64,000 bases of DNA from Rebecca billardiae RCC1528. Its lineage: Eukaryota; Protista; Haptophyta. Every line of letters begins with the position of its first letter. The stretch's first letter is position 1. The stretch spans positions 1,984,001 to 2,048,000 of the forward strand of contig OZ251227.1 in NCBI GenBank assembly GCA_965240325.2. The letters are read 5' to 3'. A program made the position numbers and the translations under genes. The notes below the pieces were generated by a model, which searched no databases, was not told the origin of the DNA, and worked only from the letters and a program-made list of their open reading frames with translations. Positions 44,438 through 55,658 of this stretch are shown piece by piece.

Positions 44438-45690
44438 CACGCCCGGCGGCGCCGCGGGCGGGCGGCTGACGCCGACCACGACGCCAAGCCGCCTCGCGCC
44501 CTCGCCCCCACCGGCGCAGCTCTCGTCAGCGTCGGTGATCGCGGGGTGCATTTCGCAGCACCGCGTGCTCGTGGCTGCGGAGGCGATGATCAGGGCGGCC
44601 GTCAGCGCCGCGGGGCGCCTCGCCCCGCCCCAGCCCCGGGGCCCTGGCGCTGCCGAGTCAGTGGCCGGCGCAGCCGCGGGCAATGGCACAGCCACCGCGT
44701 GGGCTCCGTCAGTGCCGCTTGCGCACGCGACCAGTGCTGCGCCTGCGACTGCGCCTCCGGGAGCGCCCGTCGCGCCCCGCGCAGCGGCGCAGCCCTCCGC
44801 ACCTGCGCTCGCGGCCACCGACCGCTCGGCCTCGCCCGCGCAGCAGCTGCTGTGCGCGGAGGGGCGGCCGGACGATGCACCTCCGCCCGTCGCGGGCGCG
44901 CACGACGGCAGTGGGTCGGCCGCGGCGAGCGCGGATGCGCATGCACTCGAGCTGTACGCCGCGCAGGTGTGCCGCGCTGTGCGCGATGCGCGCGCACACG
45001 CCTCGCCCATCGCCGCGCCTGCCCTCAACCCCGCGACCCCGCGCGCGCCCGCCCCTCCGCGCGCCTCCCTTCGCACGCCGCGCGCAGGAGCGCGCTGTGC
45101 TGATCGAGCTGAACGCGACGCTGAGGTCGATTGCAGCGCTGGCGCGGAAGCGGCTCGTGCCCGCACCGTCGCCGCGCCCGCCGCATGCGGCGCTGTCGCC
45201 GCTGGCGGCGGGCGCGGGCGCAGGCGGCACGCGCTCGTCGCCCGTCGCGTCGGGGCAGCAGAAGCTGCCGCCGCCGCTGCCGTCCGCCGCCGCGCTCGGC
45301 TCTGCAGGCGGCGGCGCGGCGGTCGGCGCTGCCTGCCGCCCGTCCCGCTCGGCCGGCACCGCCCTCGATGCAGCCGACGCGCCAGCGCCTCCGCAGGGCA
45401 GCCCCGCGGCGCAGGTCCCGCACGCGGGGACGGGTACCGCCGACTCGCTCGGAGCAGGCGTGGGGAACGGGTGCACTGGCTGCGCCCAGCACTCGACGGC
45501 CGCCAGTCAGGCCGTGCGCGCCGATGGTGCCGTGCCTGACGCAGGAGGGAGCGCTACCGCGGCCGCGGCCTCGGGCGGCGGCGGCGGCGTCGGCTGCGAT
45601 GGCGCAGCTGCCGCTTCGTGCGCCGCCGACGCCTGCGCCGTGCCTGGTTGTGCGCCTCATGAGCAGCCAGCCGTGCGGCAGCCGAGGTGA
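43569..45690 (+). CDS. Tesmin/TSO1/LIN54-like CXC (CRC) domain protein; exons 43569-43657, 43764-43992, 44115-44966, 45088-45690
   Basis: [28 protein letters not shown] hinge, [31 protein letters not shown]; three GT-AG introns. Confidence 0.92.
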
Positions 45691-46351
45691 TGACGAGCAC
45701 CACCGTTCGCAGCTCGCCCGCCCGCTCGAAAACAGCGCAGCAGGTGGCGACGAGCGACGACTGCTGCCGTCTACCCCGCTGCTGGCGGTGATGGCGTTCT
45801 TTATTTCCGTCTCACCGCCTTCGGCTTTGCCGAGTTCGGAGTTATTTGGATTACGAAGACGTTATCGGGCGGCGGCGGATCGAGTCCGCCGCTGCTCACT
45901 GCTCACTGACACTCCGAGACAGCTGTGCCTGCGCGCGGCTGCGCATCGCCCGATCTCAGATACGTGCCGCCAGTGCGCGCCCGCACAGATAGTTTATTAT
46001 AGCCGGCCTCAGCTGCGCGTCTGCTGATGTGACTAGCAGTCTGCAGTGCCCTACTCTCTCATTTTGAGCAGTCCCGCCGCTAGAGGCACGCGGCGCGGTC
46101 TGGCACGCGTACCGGAGTCACCCGCCGCTGAGACTGCTGATGTAACTACGCTGAGTATCGGCGGAAAAGTCACTATAAGCGTCGCGTTGATGTGATGACA
46201 ATAAACAGTCTGTAGTCATCATCATCATCACAGACATCCGGTAATAACCCTGATTATTCCCGGCCGGGACCGCGCATCCGCCGCATCGGGCGAGCAGCCG
46301 AGTCCGCGAATGCAACAATAGGCGCCTGATGATCGGCTCGTCCTGCTACGA

Positions 46352-47650
46352 CTAGACCTTGAGGTGTGCTGCTGTCGCAGCAATCGAAGCGGCCGGCGAT
46401 CGAGCAGCAGTCGCTTCAGACTCAGTCCTCGCTGGCGGCCCGCTGCCATCCGGCTCCGAGCCTGAGTCCGAGCCGGTGCCTGACGCCCCCGTTGTCGGCA
46501 TGGCGGTGTTGGCGGCGCGCGCTTGGCGCTTTGTCGGCGACGCGTTCGGAGTGCGATTGCCACGCGCGCCTCGCCGACCCTCCGCCTCCGCCGTGCTTGC
46601 GCCGCCCTCCTTAGCTGCCTCGCTGCCATCCGAGCCAGCGGCGGCGCCTGCGCCCCCAGCACCAGCCTTGGCGCCTTCACTGCCATTGGCGCTACTCGCC
46701 GAGAACCCGCCGCCGCTCGCCCGCCAGAGCTGGTAGAGCTTGGGCGCGGACTTGCCGAAGGCATCCAGCTCGCTGCACGTCTTCGCGTGCCCCGCCTCCG
46801 TCTCGTCGCGCGTGTCGAGCACGCGGTACGCCCAGCACACGCGCTCGGTCGAGTAGGAGTCATGCGAGACGGGCAGCCCGGCCTTCACCCGCAGCACGCG
46901 GTGGTACACGCCGCGGTACGCGCGGCGGAACTCGGCGAAGAGCGCGCCGAGCGAGGCGTGCTCGAGCGGCTTGAAGTAGAGCTCAGGCCGGCGCGAGAGC
47001 CCCAGCGCGCCCCACAGCCCGCCCGCGCGCACCGCGAGCACAATGTGCTTGCACGTCTGCCCCTCGATCCGCGTCTTGAAGCTGAGCGGCACGCGCTCGA
47101 CGCCGCTCAGGTCCTGCGTGAGCAGGAGCGCGACGAAGAGCGCCTCGACGCACTTGACCGGCAGCGCGGTGCGCACGATCGTGCGCGCCGTCTCGAGGAT
47201 CCGCGCGACCGGCCGGTTCTTGCGCACGTCGAAGAAGTCGGTGCCGGTGTGGTTGTACTGCAGCTTCTCAATGAACGACTGCACGGCGCGCAGCTTGTCC
47301 GGCATGCGCGCGTAGCGGTCGAGGGAGGGCGGGGCGGGGTACGGCGGCATCTGCAGCTCGTTATCCGCGCGTATCCGTCGGATCCGCGCTTGCAGCTCCG
47401 CGTCCTCGCTCGCCGCAACCGCATGCGTGTCAGCAGCCTCTGCGCTTCCATCGTCGTCGTCGCTACCCGCGCCCGCCCCCAAGGCCTCGTCATCGGAGCC
47501 GTCATCCAGGGCGACTGGCGCGTTGTCATCATCGTCGCTGTGCCGCTCACTGACACCTTCGTCTAGCTCATCCGATCCCCTCGCAGATGCCGACGCGCTG
47601 CTCGAGCTCCTGCACGCTGGAGAGGCGCGCTCACCCAAGGCGGCAGCCAT
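46352..47650 (-). CDS. VASH: Vasohibin (tubulinyl-Tyr carboxypeptidase)
   Basis: LQYNHTG.FFDVRKNRP, ALPVKCVEA (catalytic Cys), PLSFKT, HIVLAV (His), GALGLSRR. Confidence 0.93.
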   Translation of the reverse strand: MAAALGERASPACRSSSSASASARGSDELDEGVSERHSDDDDNAPVALDDGSDDEALGAGAGSDDDDGSAEAADTHAVAASEDAELQARIRRIRADNELQMPPYPAPPSLDRYARMPDKLRAVQSFIEKLQYNHTGTDFFDVRKNRPVARILETARTIVRTALPVKCVEALFVALLLTQDLSGVERVPLSFKTRIEGQTCKHIVLAVRAGGLWGALGLSRRPELYFKPLEHASLGALFAEFRRAYRGVYHRVLRVKAGLPVSHDSYSTERVCWAYRVLDTRDETEAGHAKTCSELDAFGKSAPKLYQLWRASGGGFSASSANGSEGAKAGAGGAGAAAGSDGSEAAKEGGASTAEAEGRRGARGNRTPNASPTKRQARAANTAMPTTGASGTGSDSGSEPDGSGPPARTESEATAARSPAASIAATAAHLKV

Positions 47651-48070
47651 GGCCGCGGCGGCGGCGCGAGAGCGCCCTCCGATTGAAAACGGTCGTCGGG
47701 TTTGCTGATGCGATTTATCTCGCCTGCCTGAGTTACTGCGCTGCTTGCCTCCGCAGGCGAGCAGCGCGCAGTTTACGCCGGGCATGTGGACCTGCCCACC
47801 CTTCATCTTCCAGTTCTTCCCTTCGGCTGGGGCTCGATCAGTCGACGTGGCGTCGCTCACAGCGCAGGCAGGTGTTTGGCGCGGCTGCACTCTCGAGGTG
47901 GCTGGGATACAACATCCAGGTGCAGCACCCTCCCCGTGTGGAGTGTCAGAGCGCGCTCCCGAGCGCGTGCCTCCGAGCGCGGGGCGGCCGCTTGCTGCAA
48001 TGGCCGCCTCGATGAGGTGCGGCAACGCGCCCCTCACCTGCCTGCGCCGGTCTGTTTTGTGGCGGTGTTT

Positions 48071-48339
48071 TAAATTCCCCTTTATAACGGGCTCCGGGTG
48101 ATCAGACTGGCGGCCGAAGCCTCCAGCCCTACCCTGGCCAGCCCCCAACCAATAACCACCACCCTCACCCAACCTCAAACCACTGACCGAGAGGCACCAA
48201 GTGCCTTGACACCACTCCACTGTGGACAGCCCGCCTCCAGAGGGGGCGGGGGTATGCCATTGCCGACAGCATACAAGCCCAACACTCTTTGTGCAGTGTT
48301 GGATGGCGTCGATCACGCCTTAAGCCATTATGGGGGTAG
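48071..48339. mobile_element. Short repeated element, long copy; left 53 bp identical to 50143-50195
   Basis: taaattcccctttataacgggctccgggtgatcagactggcggccgaagcctc is shared; both copies end near tatgggg(g)ta. Confidence 0.5.
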
Positions 48340-48457
48340 TACAGTTTATACTACTAAGAATAAGAGACGCATGCACAGCACGTGTACCTAGAAGAGTGCT
48401 GATGACGACGCAGCCCAAACGAGTACTCCAATCTACGGAGGCTCCCTGTGCTGCCGA

Positions 48458-49900
48458 CTACGGCTGTGCTGATGCCGATGAACGAAGCGCTCCGATCGTC
48501 TTCGTCGTCGGACGGGCGGCGCGATGATGACGGGGTTTGAGCACGTGATGCACCAAGTTACGCATGGCATCAGGGTCAAATTGGCAGACCCAGGGCTTCC
48601 CTGCCTTGACCGGAGTCGCGCCGTTCTCGCCGAACAGCTCGTCTCGGTTGGAGCACACCGCGTATGCAACGCACGCCTCGAAGATGAAGAGCTCCTCCGT
48701 CGTGACCAGGAGCTCGTCCCCGGGCGAGTCGAGCAGATCCGTTGCATGGATCGCCCACGGTGCGGTCGCGAAGACGACGCCAATGCCGTTCTGGTTGGGC
48801 AGCACGCCTCGCAAGCCGCATGCGAGGAACTCTAGGTTCTTGCAGAAGGTGTACGGCGGGTACATACCGGAGAGGAAGATGGTGATGAAACCTGCGCGGA
48901 TACACTCAATCCCGTGCTGGACGTCGCACTCAGCTCGAGGCGGGGTTCGCTCGAGCGGCACCTCAGTAGAAGCATTCGTGGTCGCGGCCTGCGCTTCTCG
49001 AGCGCGTGCTGCGGCCAGGATGAGCTGCTCTTGCTCGCGAAGGGTGTGCTGCTCAAAGCCCATGGGCGGTGTGACACCAGCCACGTCGAAGCACAGCTGT
49101 CGGATGTCGGGGTTGTATCCGAGCAGCATCGGTGTGCCGCCCTTGGCCGCAGCACCCGCCCCGTCGAATCGCGGGCGGTGTGCTGACATTTCGCACGTCC
49201 TCATGCCCTGCACCCAGTTGCGATCACAGAAGCTGTCTCCAGCGCGCTGGCGCTCAGCCCGGCTCGACGAGAAGCTCGACTCCGGAGTGGCTTTCCCTGC
49301 TGCAGGTGGTCCGGCGAGGGCGTTCGCCCAGCCAACCACATTGTCAGGTACGCACGTTGAGTTCTCCATGCTTTTGTAGATCGGGTTGGCACCGAGCAGC
49401 AGCTTGAGCAGGCTGGAGTGGTGGCGCGTGAGGGCGGAACACATGCGGCCGGAAAGCATGCCGGCGCTGCGTGCGGGCTGCCGCGGAATCTTGGGCGCAG
49501 TCGCGTTGTGGAAGACGAGCATCGGCCAATGCACCCTGCGCGAAGTCGGCACAGGCCCCGGCGTCGCCAAACCCACGAGCTTCCTGGCCCTATGCGCGTA
49601 CTTCTTAGCCGCCTCCACCGCCTGCAGCTCGCTCGTGGGCACAAGGACGCCGGACGGGTGGGGCACCAGGCGAAACGCAGCACCCGCAGCACCCGCGGTG
49701 CCTCTCGGGGGGAACTGCGATGCCTTGATGCGCTCCGCAGACTCGTCCAGCTCGGGTCTGAGCGCGCAGTCCGGCTCGGCCGAGGCGTTGCGCTCGTGGT
49801 CGCGGCAGAAGCCCGGGACCGCGCCCGCCTGCGCCGGGGGCACTGACGCCACAACCAGCAGCAGCACGCCCCGCACAGATGCCACGCGGCACCCGCGCAT
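48458..49900 (-). CDS. Secreted Cys-rich hypothetical protein
   Basis: Signal peptide MRGCRVASVRGVLLLVVASVPPAQAG; globular-looking C-terminal half (FCDRNW, CKNLEFLAC, FEACVAYAVCSN); intronless. Confidence 0.7.
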   Translation of the reverse strand: MRGCRVASVRGVLLLVVASVPPAQAGAVPGFCRDHERNASAEPDCALRPELDESAERIKASQFPPRGTAGAAGAAFRLVPHPSGVLVPTSELQAVEAAKKYAHRARKLVGLATPGPVPTSRRVHWPMLVFHNATAPKIPRQPARSAGMLSGRMCSALTRHHSSLLKLLLGANPIYKSMENSTCVPDNVVGWANALAGPPAAGKATPESSFSSSRAERQRAGDSFCDRNWVQGMRTCEMSAHRPRFDGAGAAAKGGTPMLLGYNPDIRQLCFDVAGVTPPMGFEQHTLREQEQLILAAARAREAQAATTNASTEVPLERTPPRAECDVQHGIECIRAGFITIFLSGMYPPYTFCKNLEFLACGLRGVLPNQNGIGVVFATAPWAIHATDLLDSPGDELLVTTEELFIFEACVAYAVCSNRDELFGENGATPVKAGKPWVCQFDPDAMRNLVHHVLKPRHHRAARPTTKTIGALRSSASAQP

Positions 49901-50142
49901 CGTGCCACGGCAAGGAGACGCGACGACAATCCGGGGAGGCCGATGAGGCGACAACGACGGTATTGATATGAGTAACCGTACCTGAGCTGTATGATAGTCG
50001 TTATCATACTCAATCGGGCCAGTCATCCATCAATGAATCCATTGTCGCCAACTCGCATAATTCAGCCCTTCGGGCCGCTCACTATTCATCAGTTAGGTCT
50101 GCTACTGATCACAATGAAACTATATGGGTAATTGGGCTGTAA

Positions 50143-50208
50143 TAAATTCCCCTTTATAACGGGCTCCGGGTGATCAGACTGGCGGCCGAAGCCTCTGCTA
50201 TGGGGTAC
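50143..50208. mobile_element. Short repeated element, internally deleted copy of 48071-48339
   Basis: 53-bp exact match, followed almost immediately by tatggggta. Confidence 0.5.
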
Positions 50209-50584
50209 GTATTGCGTCATCGGTCGGCCCGCGCAGTCTGGCGGGTGTTGAGGCGACAGTAGGCGCGTCCGTGTCGACGAGGGTGATGTGGTATGGAGGG
50301 CGGTAGTCACTGTTGAGCGCTCGCATCTCTGCTGACCCCAGAGCGCCGCACGTGCTTCGTCGCTCCCCCGTCCACGACTCCACGTGTGGCCCCGCGACGC
50401 GCGGTCTCGCTACGCCCGCGCCCAGCAGTGCTTGGTGCCTAGCTGCGGCGCAGGCGCAGCAGGGCGACCTGGCCACAAGCTCGTGAGCAACGGACTGATG
50501 CAGTGATGCGGCGACCTGCGGCTCCCGATGGCAGCAGCGGCGGAGTGGTGCTTAGGTGGCAGAGCCGCAGAGCGCCGCGCCTTG

Positions 50585-51288
50585 CCTTAGCCACGCCCAC
50601 GGTGTGTGGCATGCAGGTGCCATCGCTAGTGACCGCCGAGCGGCGGCGGCTGAGCGTTGAGCTGCACGGCGACGGCGGAGCCCGCAAAAGAGTCAGAGTG
50701 CGGCCTGAACTTCGCGCAAGCTCCTGCTCGGGCAGCTCGGGTGGGGGCGGAGCCTCAGCCACCCTGACTGACGGCCACGTGCGCTGTCGTCAGAGTCGTG
50801 CGCAGGGATTGGTGTCTCCGCGTGGTTTGCTCCGTCCGCTTCATGCACGCCGCTTCATCGCGTCACTTCTCACTCAGGCTGCTCAGACGAACTCGTTCAG
50901 CACTGAGCGAGGCATTCCCTGACACTCGTTCAAAATCCTTAGCCACGCCCACGGTGTGTGGCATGCAGGTGCCATCGCTAGTGACCGCCGAGCGGCGGCG
51001 GCTGAGCGTTGAGCTGCACGGCGACGGCGGAGCCCGCAAAAGAGTCAGAGTGCGGCCTGAACTTCGCGCAAGCTCCTGCTCGGGCAGCTCGGGTGGGGGC
51101 GGAGCCTCAGCCACCCTGACTGACGGCCACGTGCGCTGTCGTCAGAGTCGTGCGCAGGGATTGGTGTCTCCGCGTGGTTTGCTCCGTCCGCTTCATGCAC
51201 GCCGCTTCATCGCGTCACTTCTCACTCAGGCTGCTCAGACGAACTCGTTCAGCACTGAGCGAGGCATTCCCTGACACTCGTTCAAAAT
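50585..51288. repeat. Apparently identical 352-bp tandem duplication (50585-50936, 50937-51288)
   Basis: ccttagccacgcccacgg...gacactcgttcaaaat occurs twice head-to-tail; the ORF-track peptides are duplicated. Confidence 0.95.
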
Positions 51289-51312
51289 TAACGACGACAC
51301 GTTTAGTTACGC

Positions 51313-51345
51313 TCTCTCTCTCTCTCTCTGACTCTCTCTCTCTCC

Positions 51346-51400
<55 letters not shown>

Positions 51401-51641
51401 AGTCTAGATACTGATAGAGTTCTAGATGACGTCAATTAATCATCGTGAATGTGATCGTACGGTCGATCATGTGAAATTATATATATATATATATATCTGA
51501 TGAATCCTGTGTGCGAATCAAGCCTCGACGGGCGTCGGCCAACCCGTCGGCCACAGGATGCCCACTTTTGCCCGTTCATCGGCCAGTGGCCGACTACGAC
51601 GAATAATAAATGAATAAATGAATACATATATATATATATAT
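51313..51641. repeat. Microsatellite cluster: (CT)n 51313-51397, (AT)n ~51478-51496 and ~51627-51641
   Basis: Directly visible. Confidence 0.9.
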
Positions 51642-52681
51642 TCATTCTTCCCTTTGTTCTTTTTCGGCAAAAGATTATTCACCACTCGGGCAGAACGTAT
51701 GGTACCCCAACGAGGTCGGCTTGACTCTGTCTGGGCATGATCTCGTCGCAGAAGCTGCTTGCAGCCGACTACTGTGCTGCGGCAGCCACCGCTGGCGTCC
51801 GCTCGCCGCGAGGCTGCCGCAGTCGCCGCGTCGGCAGACGTGGTCTGCGTGAGACGATGCCGCAGCGCTGCTGGCAGTGCAAGCGCGAGCCGTGGCAGAA
51901 GTAGGGGTCGTGGGCGCGGGCGTGGGCGCGGTCGCGGGCGCGGGTGCGGCCGCTGACTCGCCCTCGGAGTCTCGCCGGGCTCGCCGCCTGCTGCACCTCG
52001 CGTCCTTCACTCGCCGGGCCGGCGCGCAGAATCGGCAAATACATCGCAATAGTTAGACATAGTAGTCGCCTGTAACTGATATAGTATATATCAGATTAAC
52101 ACACACAGGCACACACACACACCTGCCAAGCTCGGTCGAGACCGCCGCTGGGGCTCAACAAGTCCGCACCAGTTGGGTCGGCCGAGCCCCGGGGCCGCCC
52201 TCTCGAACTACGACCGTGCAGAGTCGGACAGTGCTGCAGCCCGCGCGGCGTGCTCACGCGGCCATCACGCGCCGGCGCCGTGGCCGTGCCGTCCGGCGCG
52301 GCCTACGAGTACGGCGGTCCGGCCGCCGGACGGCCATCGGCCAATACCCATCGGCCAGAGATGGATGGTCGACCGCTAACCATCGGCCATGGCCGCCTAG
52401 CGGCCAATATCATCGGTCATGGCCGGCCATATAGGCCTTGATTCGCACATAGGATGAATCCCGTCGCCAGTCAGGTGATCGAGTCGGTGAGATCGATCGG
52501 CGCCGTTACTCACCGACATGCTGTGCACTCTGGCGGCCACGGTGCCCGTGCCCCCGTGCCGGATACCGTAGACGCCAATAAATAACTAGTTTATTATCAA
52601 TTATAATCGTGATGAAATAAGCTACGGCGCGCATCCGGGAATATAATACTAATTAATATATAATTCTTATATTCGCGACGA

Positions 52682-53914
52682 TCAAATAAACGCATCCTCG
52701 CGGCTGACGAAGCCATCGAGATCGACGCCGGCCGTACATGCCATTCTGTGCGCGCCGACGCCACTGGACAGGCTGCCCGTCGGAGTGGGCGGTGCCAGGC
52801 GCTCGGCGGCAGCCATGTGATGCCCATTCGGCTGAGCAGCACCGAGCGCCGGGTCGGCCGCGCGCTGCGTGCGCGAGCACGAAGCGTCCAGCGCTCCAAC
52901 CGAGTCGCGAGCCGAGACAGCCCGGCTGTACGGGTACTGCTCGTGCTGCAGGTGCTCGTACGCACTGCTGTCGCGGTCGTCAGTGCGTGCGCTCGCGGCC
53001 GGCAGGGTCTCGCGGTGCCCGCACGTGGCGGCCCGCGCCCAGCCGGCTGAGTAGCCATCGGCCGCGGCGCACGCGCCCTGTGGCGCTGGCTGCGCCGAGG
53101 CGGCGGCCATCCGCTCCGGCGGCGGCGGCGCGTCCGCGAGGAACAGCTGCGCGCGCACGCGCTCTCGCGAGGTACTGCCGCCACCACCAGTGCCCCCGCC
53201 CGGGCTCCCCGCCGCGACGCGCAGGGCCTGCTCAGCCTCCCGCTGCGCGGCCGCTGTCGCGGCGCGCGCGGAGGCCGCCGCACGCTCGCGCTCAGCCAGG
53301 CCTGCGGGTGTGTCCGGTGCGCTCGCCGTGCGAGCCAGCGCGGCGCTGCTTGGTGTGACTGCGTTGGCGTACGCGCCGTATGCGCTGCCATCGCGATCAT
53401 AAGAGGCGACGTGCGGCGTGGGCGGCACGCTCGGCGGCGGCCGAGGTGCCTCATGCGCGCGCGCGCGCGCAGAGCAGGCCGCTGCGCCCTCGAGCGCTTC
53501 AGCCTCGCGCTCGGCAGCGGCCGCCGCTCGCGCATGCGCCGACTCGCACGAGCGGTAGTAGTGTGCCGCGGGCGTGGCCTCGTGCGCGCGCGTTCCCGCT
53601 GCGGCCGGCTGCCACGCGGCAGGCGACGGCCCCGCGCACGCCCAGCTCTCGCGCGGGCCGGCGCCGTCCGCACCGGCCACGAGCGAGCGAGCTTGCCCTG
53701 TGAGCGTTGCGTGCTCGTACTGGCTGGGGCGACGGTGCGTGTGCGCCCACGCCGGGGCCTGCGGGCCAGCGAGGCCCAAGCCGGGCTGCGAGGGCAGTGC
53801 CCAGCCGTCTTGCCACGTGGGCGCGGCGGCGCCGTACGCGTGCGGCGACGGCCACGGCGACTGCGGCGGTGGCGGGTCCGCCGCCCACGCTGCGCGGGCA
53901 GCAGCACCCCTCGC

Positions 53915-53957
<43 letters not shown>

Positions 53958-55511
53958 GCTGTGTGCAGAGGCCCCATCGGCAGCCCGCCAGCTGCTTGGC
54001 CCGGCGGTGGGCGTGCCGCCCAGCCGAGCCGCATGAGCTGCTTCACGCCGATGCGCACCTCCTCGACCTCAATGTGCATGCCCGCCAGCCTGGGCGGGAG
54101 CGAGCGAGGGGGGAGCGAGGCCGGGGGCGCAGCGGCCGCGCGTGGGTGGATGGTGCACGGCGCACGGCGCACGGCGCACCGCTCGCACACGACTCGCGCG
54201 TTCGCGCGGGGGGCGCAGGGCGTGCGCAGGGCGGCGAGTGCGCGCGGCACGGCACACGCGCGCACACCCCGTCGACAGCTCGGCCGCCGCCTGCTGCACA
54301 CGTGCGAGGTCAGCCTGCTGCGCGCCCGCGCCCGCCTCCGCGCGCGAGAGCCCACTGCTGAGCTCGTGCACGCGCGCGCGGAGGCGGCCGAGCTCGGCCG
54401 TGGCGCGCTCAGTGGCCATGCTCGCCTCGGCCGCCGCCCCGCGCGCCTCGACCGCCGCCTCCGTCGCCTGCGCCAGCGCGGCCCTCGCCTCCTCGCCGCC
54501 AGCCACCACCAGCTCGCGCGCCGCGCCCGCAGCCACTCGCTCCTCCTCCTCCTCCTCCGGAGAAGGGGCGCGTAGAGCGCGCACGCTGGTGAGCGCCTCT
54601 GCCGTGTCGGTGAGCATGGCGATGGCAGCCGTCGCGGCGGCACCGTCGCGCTCGGCCCGCTCGAGCCTCGCCACCCGCGCCTCGTCCGCCGCGGCGCGCT
54701 CCCTCCCCGCCCGCTCGAGCGCCCCCACCGCCTCCGCCACCCGGAGAAGACGGCCGTCCAGGGCAGAGCGCTCGGCGCGGCCGAGGTCCGACGCGGCGCC
54801 GAGGGCGTCGACGCGCGAGCCGAGCGCGGCGAGCTCGCGCTCGACCCGCGAGAACGCCACCGCGACGTCGTCCACGCGCGAGGCCGTGCCCGCCCGCTCG
54901 CGCGCCGCCTCGGCCAGCGCGTGCTCGAGCGCCGCGCGCGTCTCCTCGATCTCGTGCCGGGCCTCGCGCGCGTCGGCGAGCACGCGCGCGCACTCCCTCG
55001 CGGCGGCGGCGGCGGCGTCGCGCGCCTCGCGCGCGTCGGCCTCCGCGCGCGTGAGCGCCACGCGGAACTCGGCCGCCTCCGCGTTCGCGCGCTCGCGCTC
55101 GCGCTCCCGAGAGCGCCCGGCGGCCGCAAGCTCCTCGTGAGCGGACTGCGCCGACGTCTGCGCGGCGCGCGCGGCGGACTGCGCCGCGGCGGCGTCGGCA
55201 GCGGCGGCGCGAGCGGCGGCCGCGTGCTCGTCGGCGGCCTTGCGCAGCGCCTCCGCCAGCCCGCGCACCTCGTCACGCACGGCCGCCGCTTCTCGCGCGC
55301 GCGCTTCGTCCTGAGCTCGGAGTGCTGCGCCGACCTCGGCCACGGAGCGCTTGGCGTGGGCGAGCTCGGCGCCGAGCGCCTCGACCGTGCGCTGGGTCTC
55401 GCGCTCGAGGCCGAGCTGCTCGCGTGCAGCGCCCTCGAGTCGGCTGACTCGCCTCTCCACCTCCCCTACCACTCGGCCGAGCGATGGCGCCGCACCTTGG
55501 CGTGCCGCCAT
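52682..55511 (-). CDS. Long coiled-coil protein with poly-Q and disordered tail; exons 55511-54268, 54089-52682
   Basis: E/A/R-rich heptad pattern; GT-AG intron 54090-54267 joins the two ORFs in phase (STG-LAGMHIEV); (CAG)n at ~53918-53956. Confidence 0.75.
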
Positions 55512-55658
55512 GCCTTTCTGCACAGTTCAAGTCTTCAATCCGGGCGCCCAAACAGCGAGCCGAGTCCGGACCCTGGTCGTCTACTGGCCAGCCGAAGAAC
55601 CGTGCTGGCATCTCCCGGTGCGCGCCAAGCACCCAAGCCCAACTGCACGTTGCGCGGG

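Noticed and set aside
47651-48316. N-terminal extension of the vasohibin ORF
   Set aside because: Starts at a non-ATG codon and runs through a repeat element; ATG 47650 is more plausible
48306-48320. 15-bp match (aggcgtgatcgacgc, reverse strand) to the repeats at 6739/6969
   Set aside because: A match this short is expected by chance in 64 kb of GC-rich DNA
48398-48430. CTGATGA as a possible hammerhead ribozyme core
   Set aside because: No matching stem II or GAAA downstream
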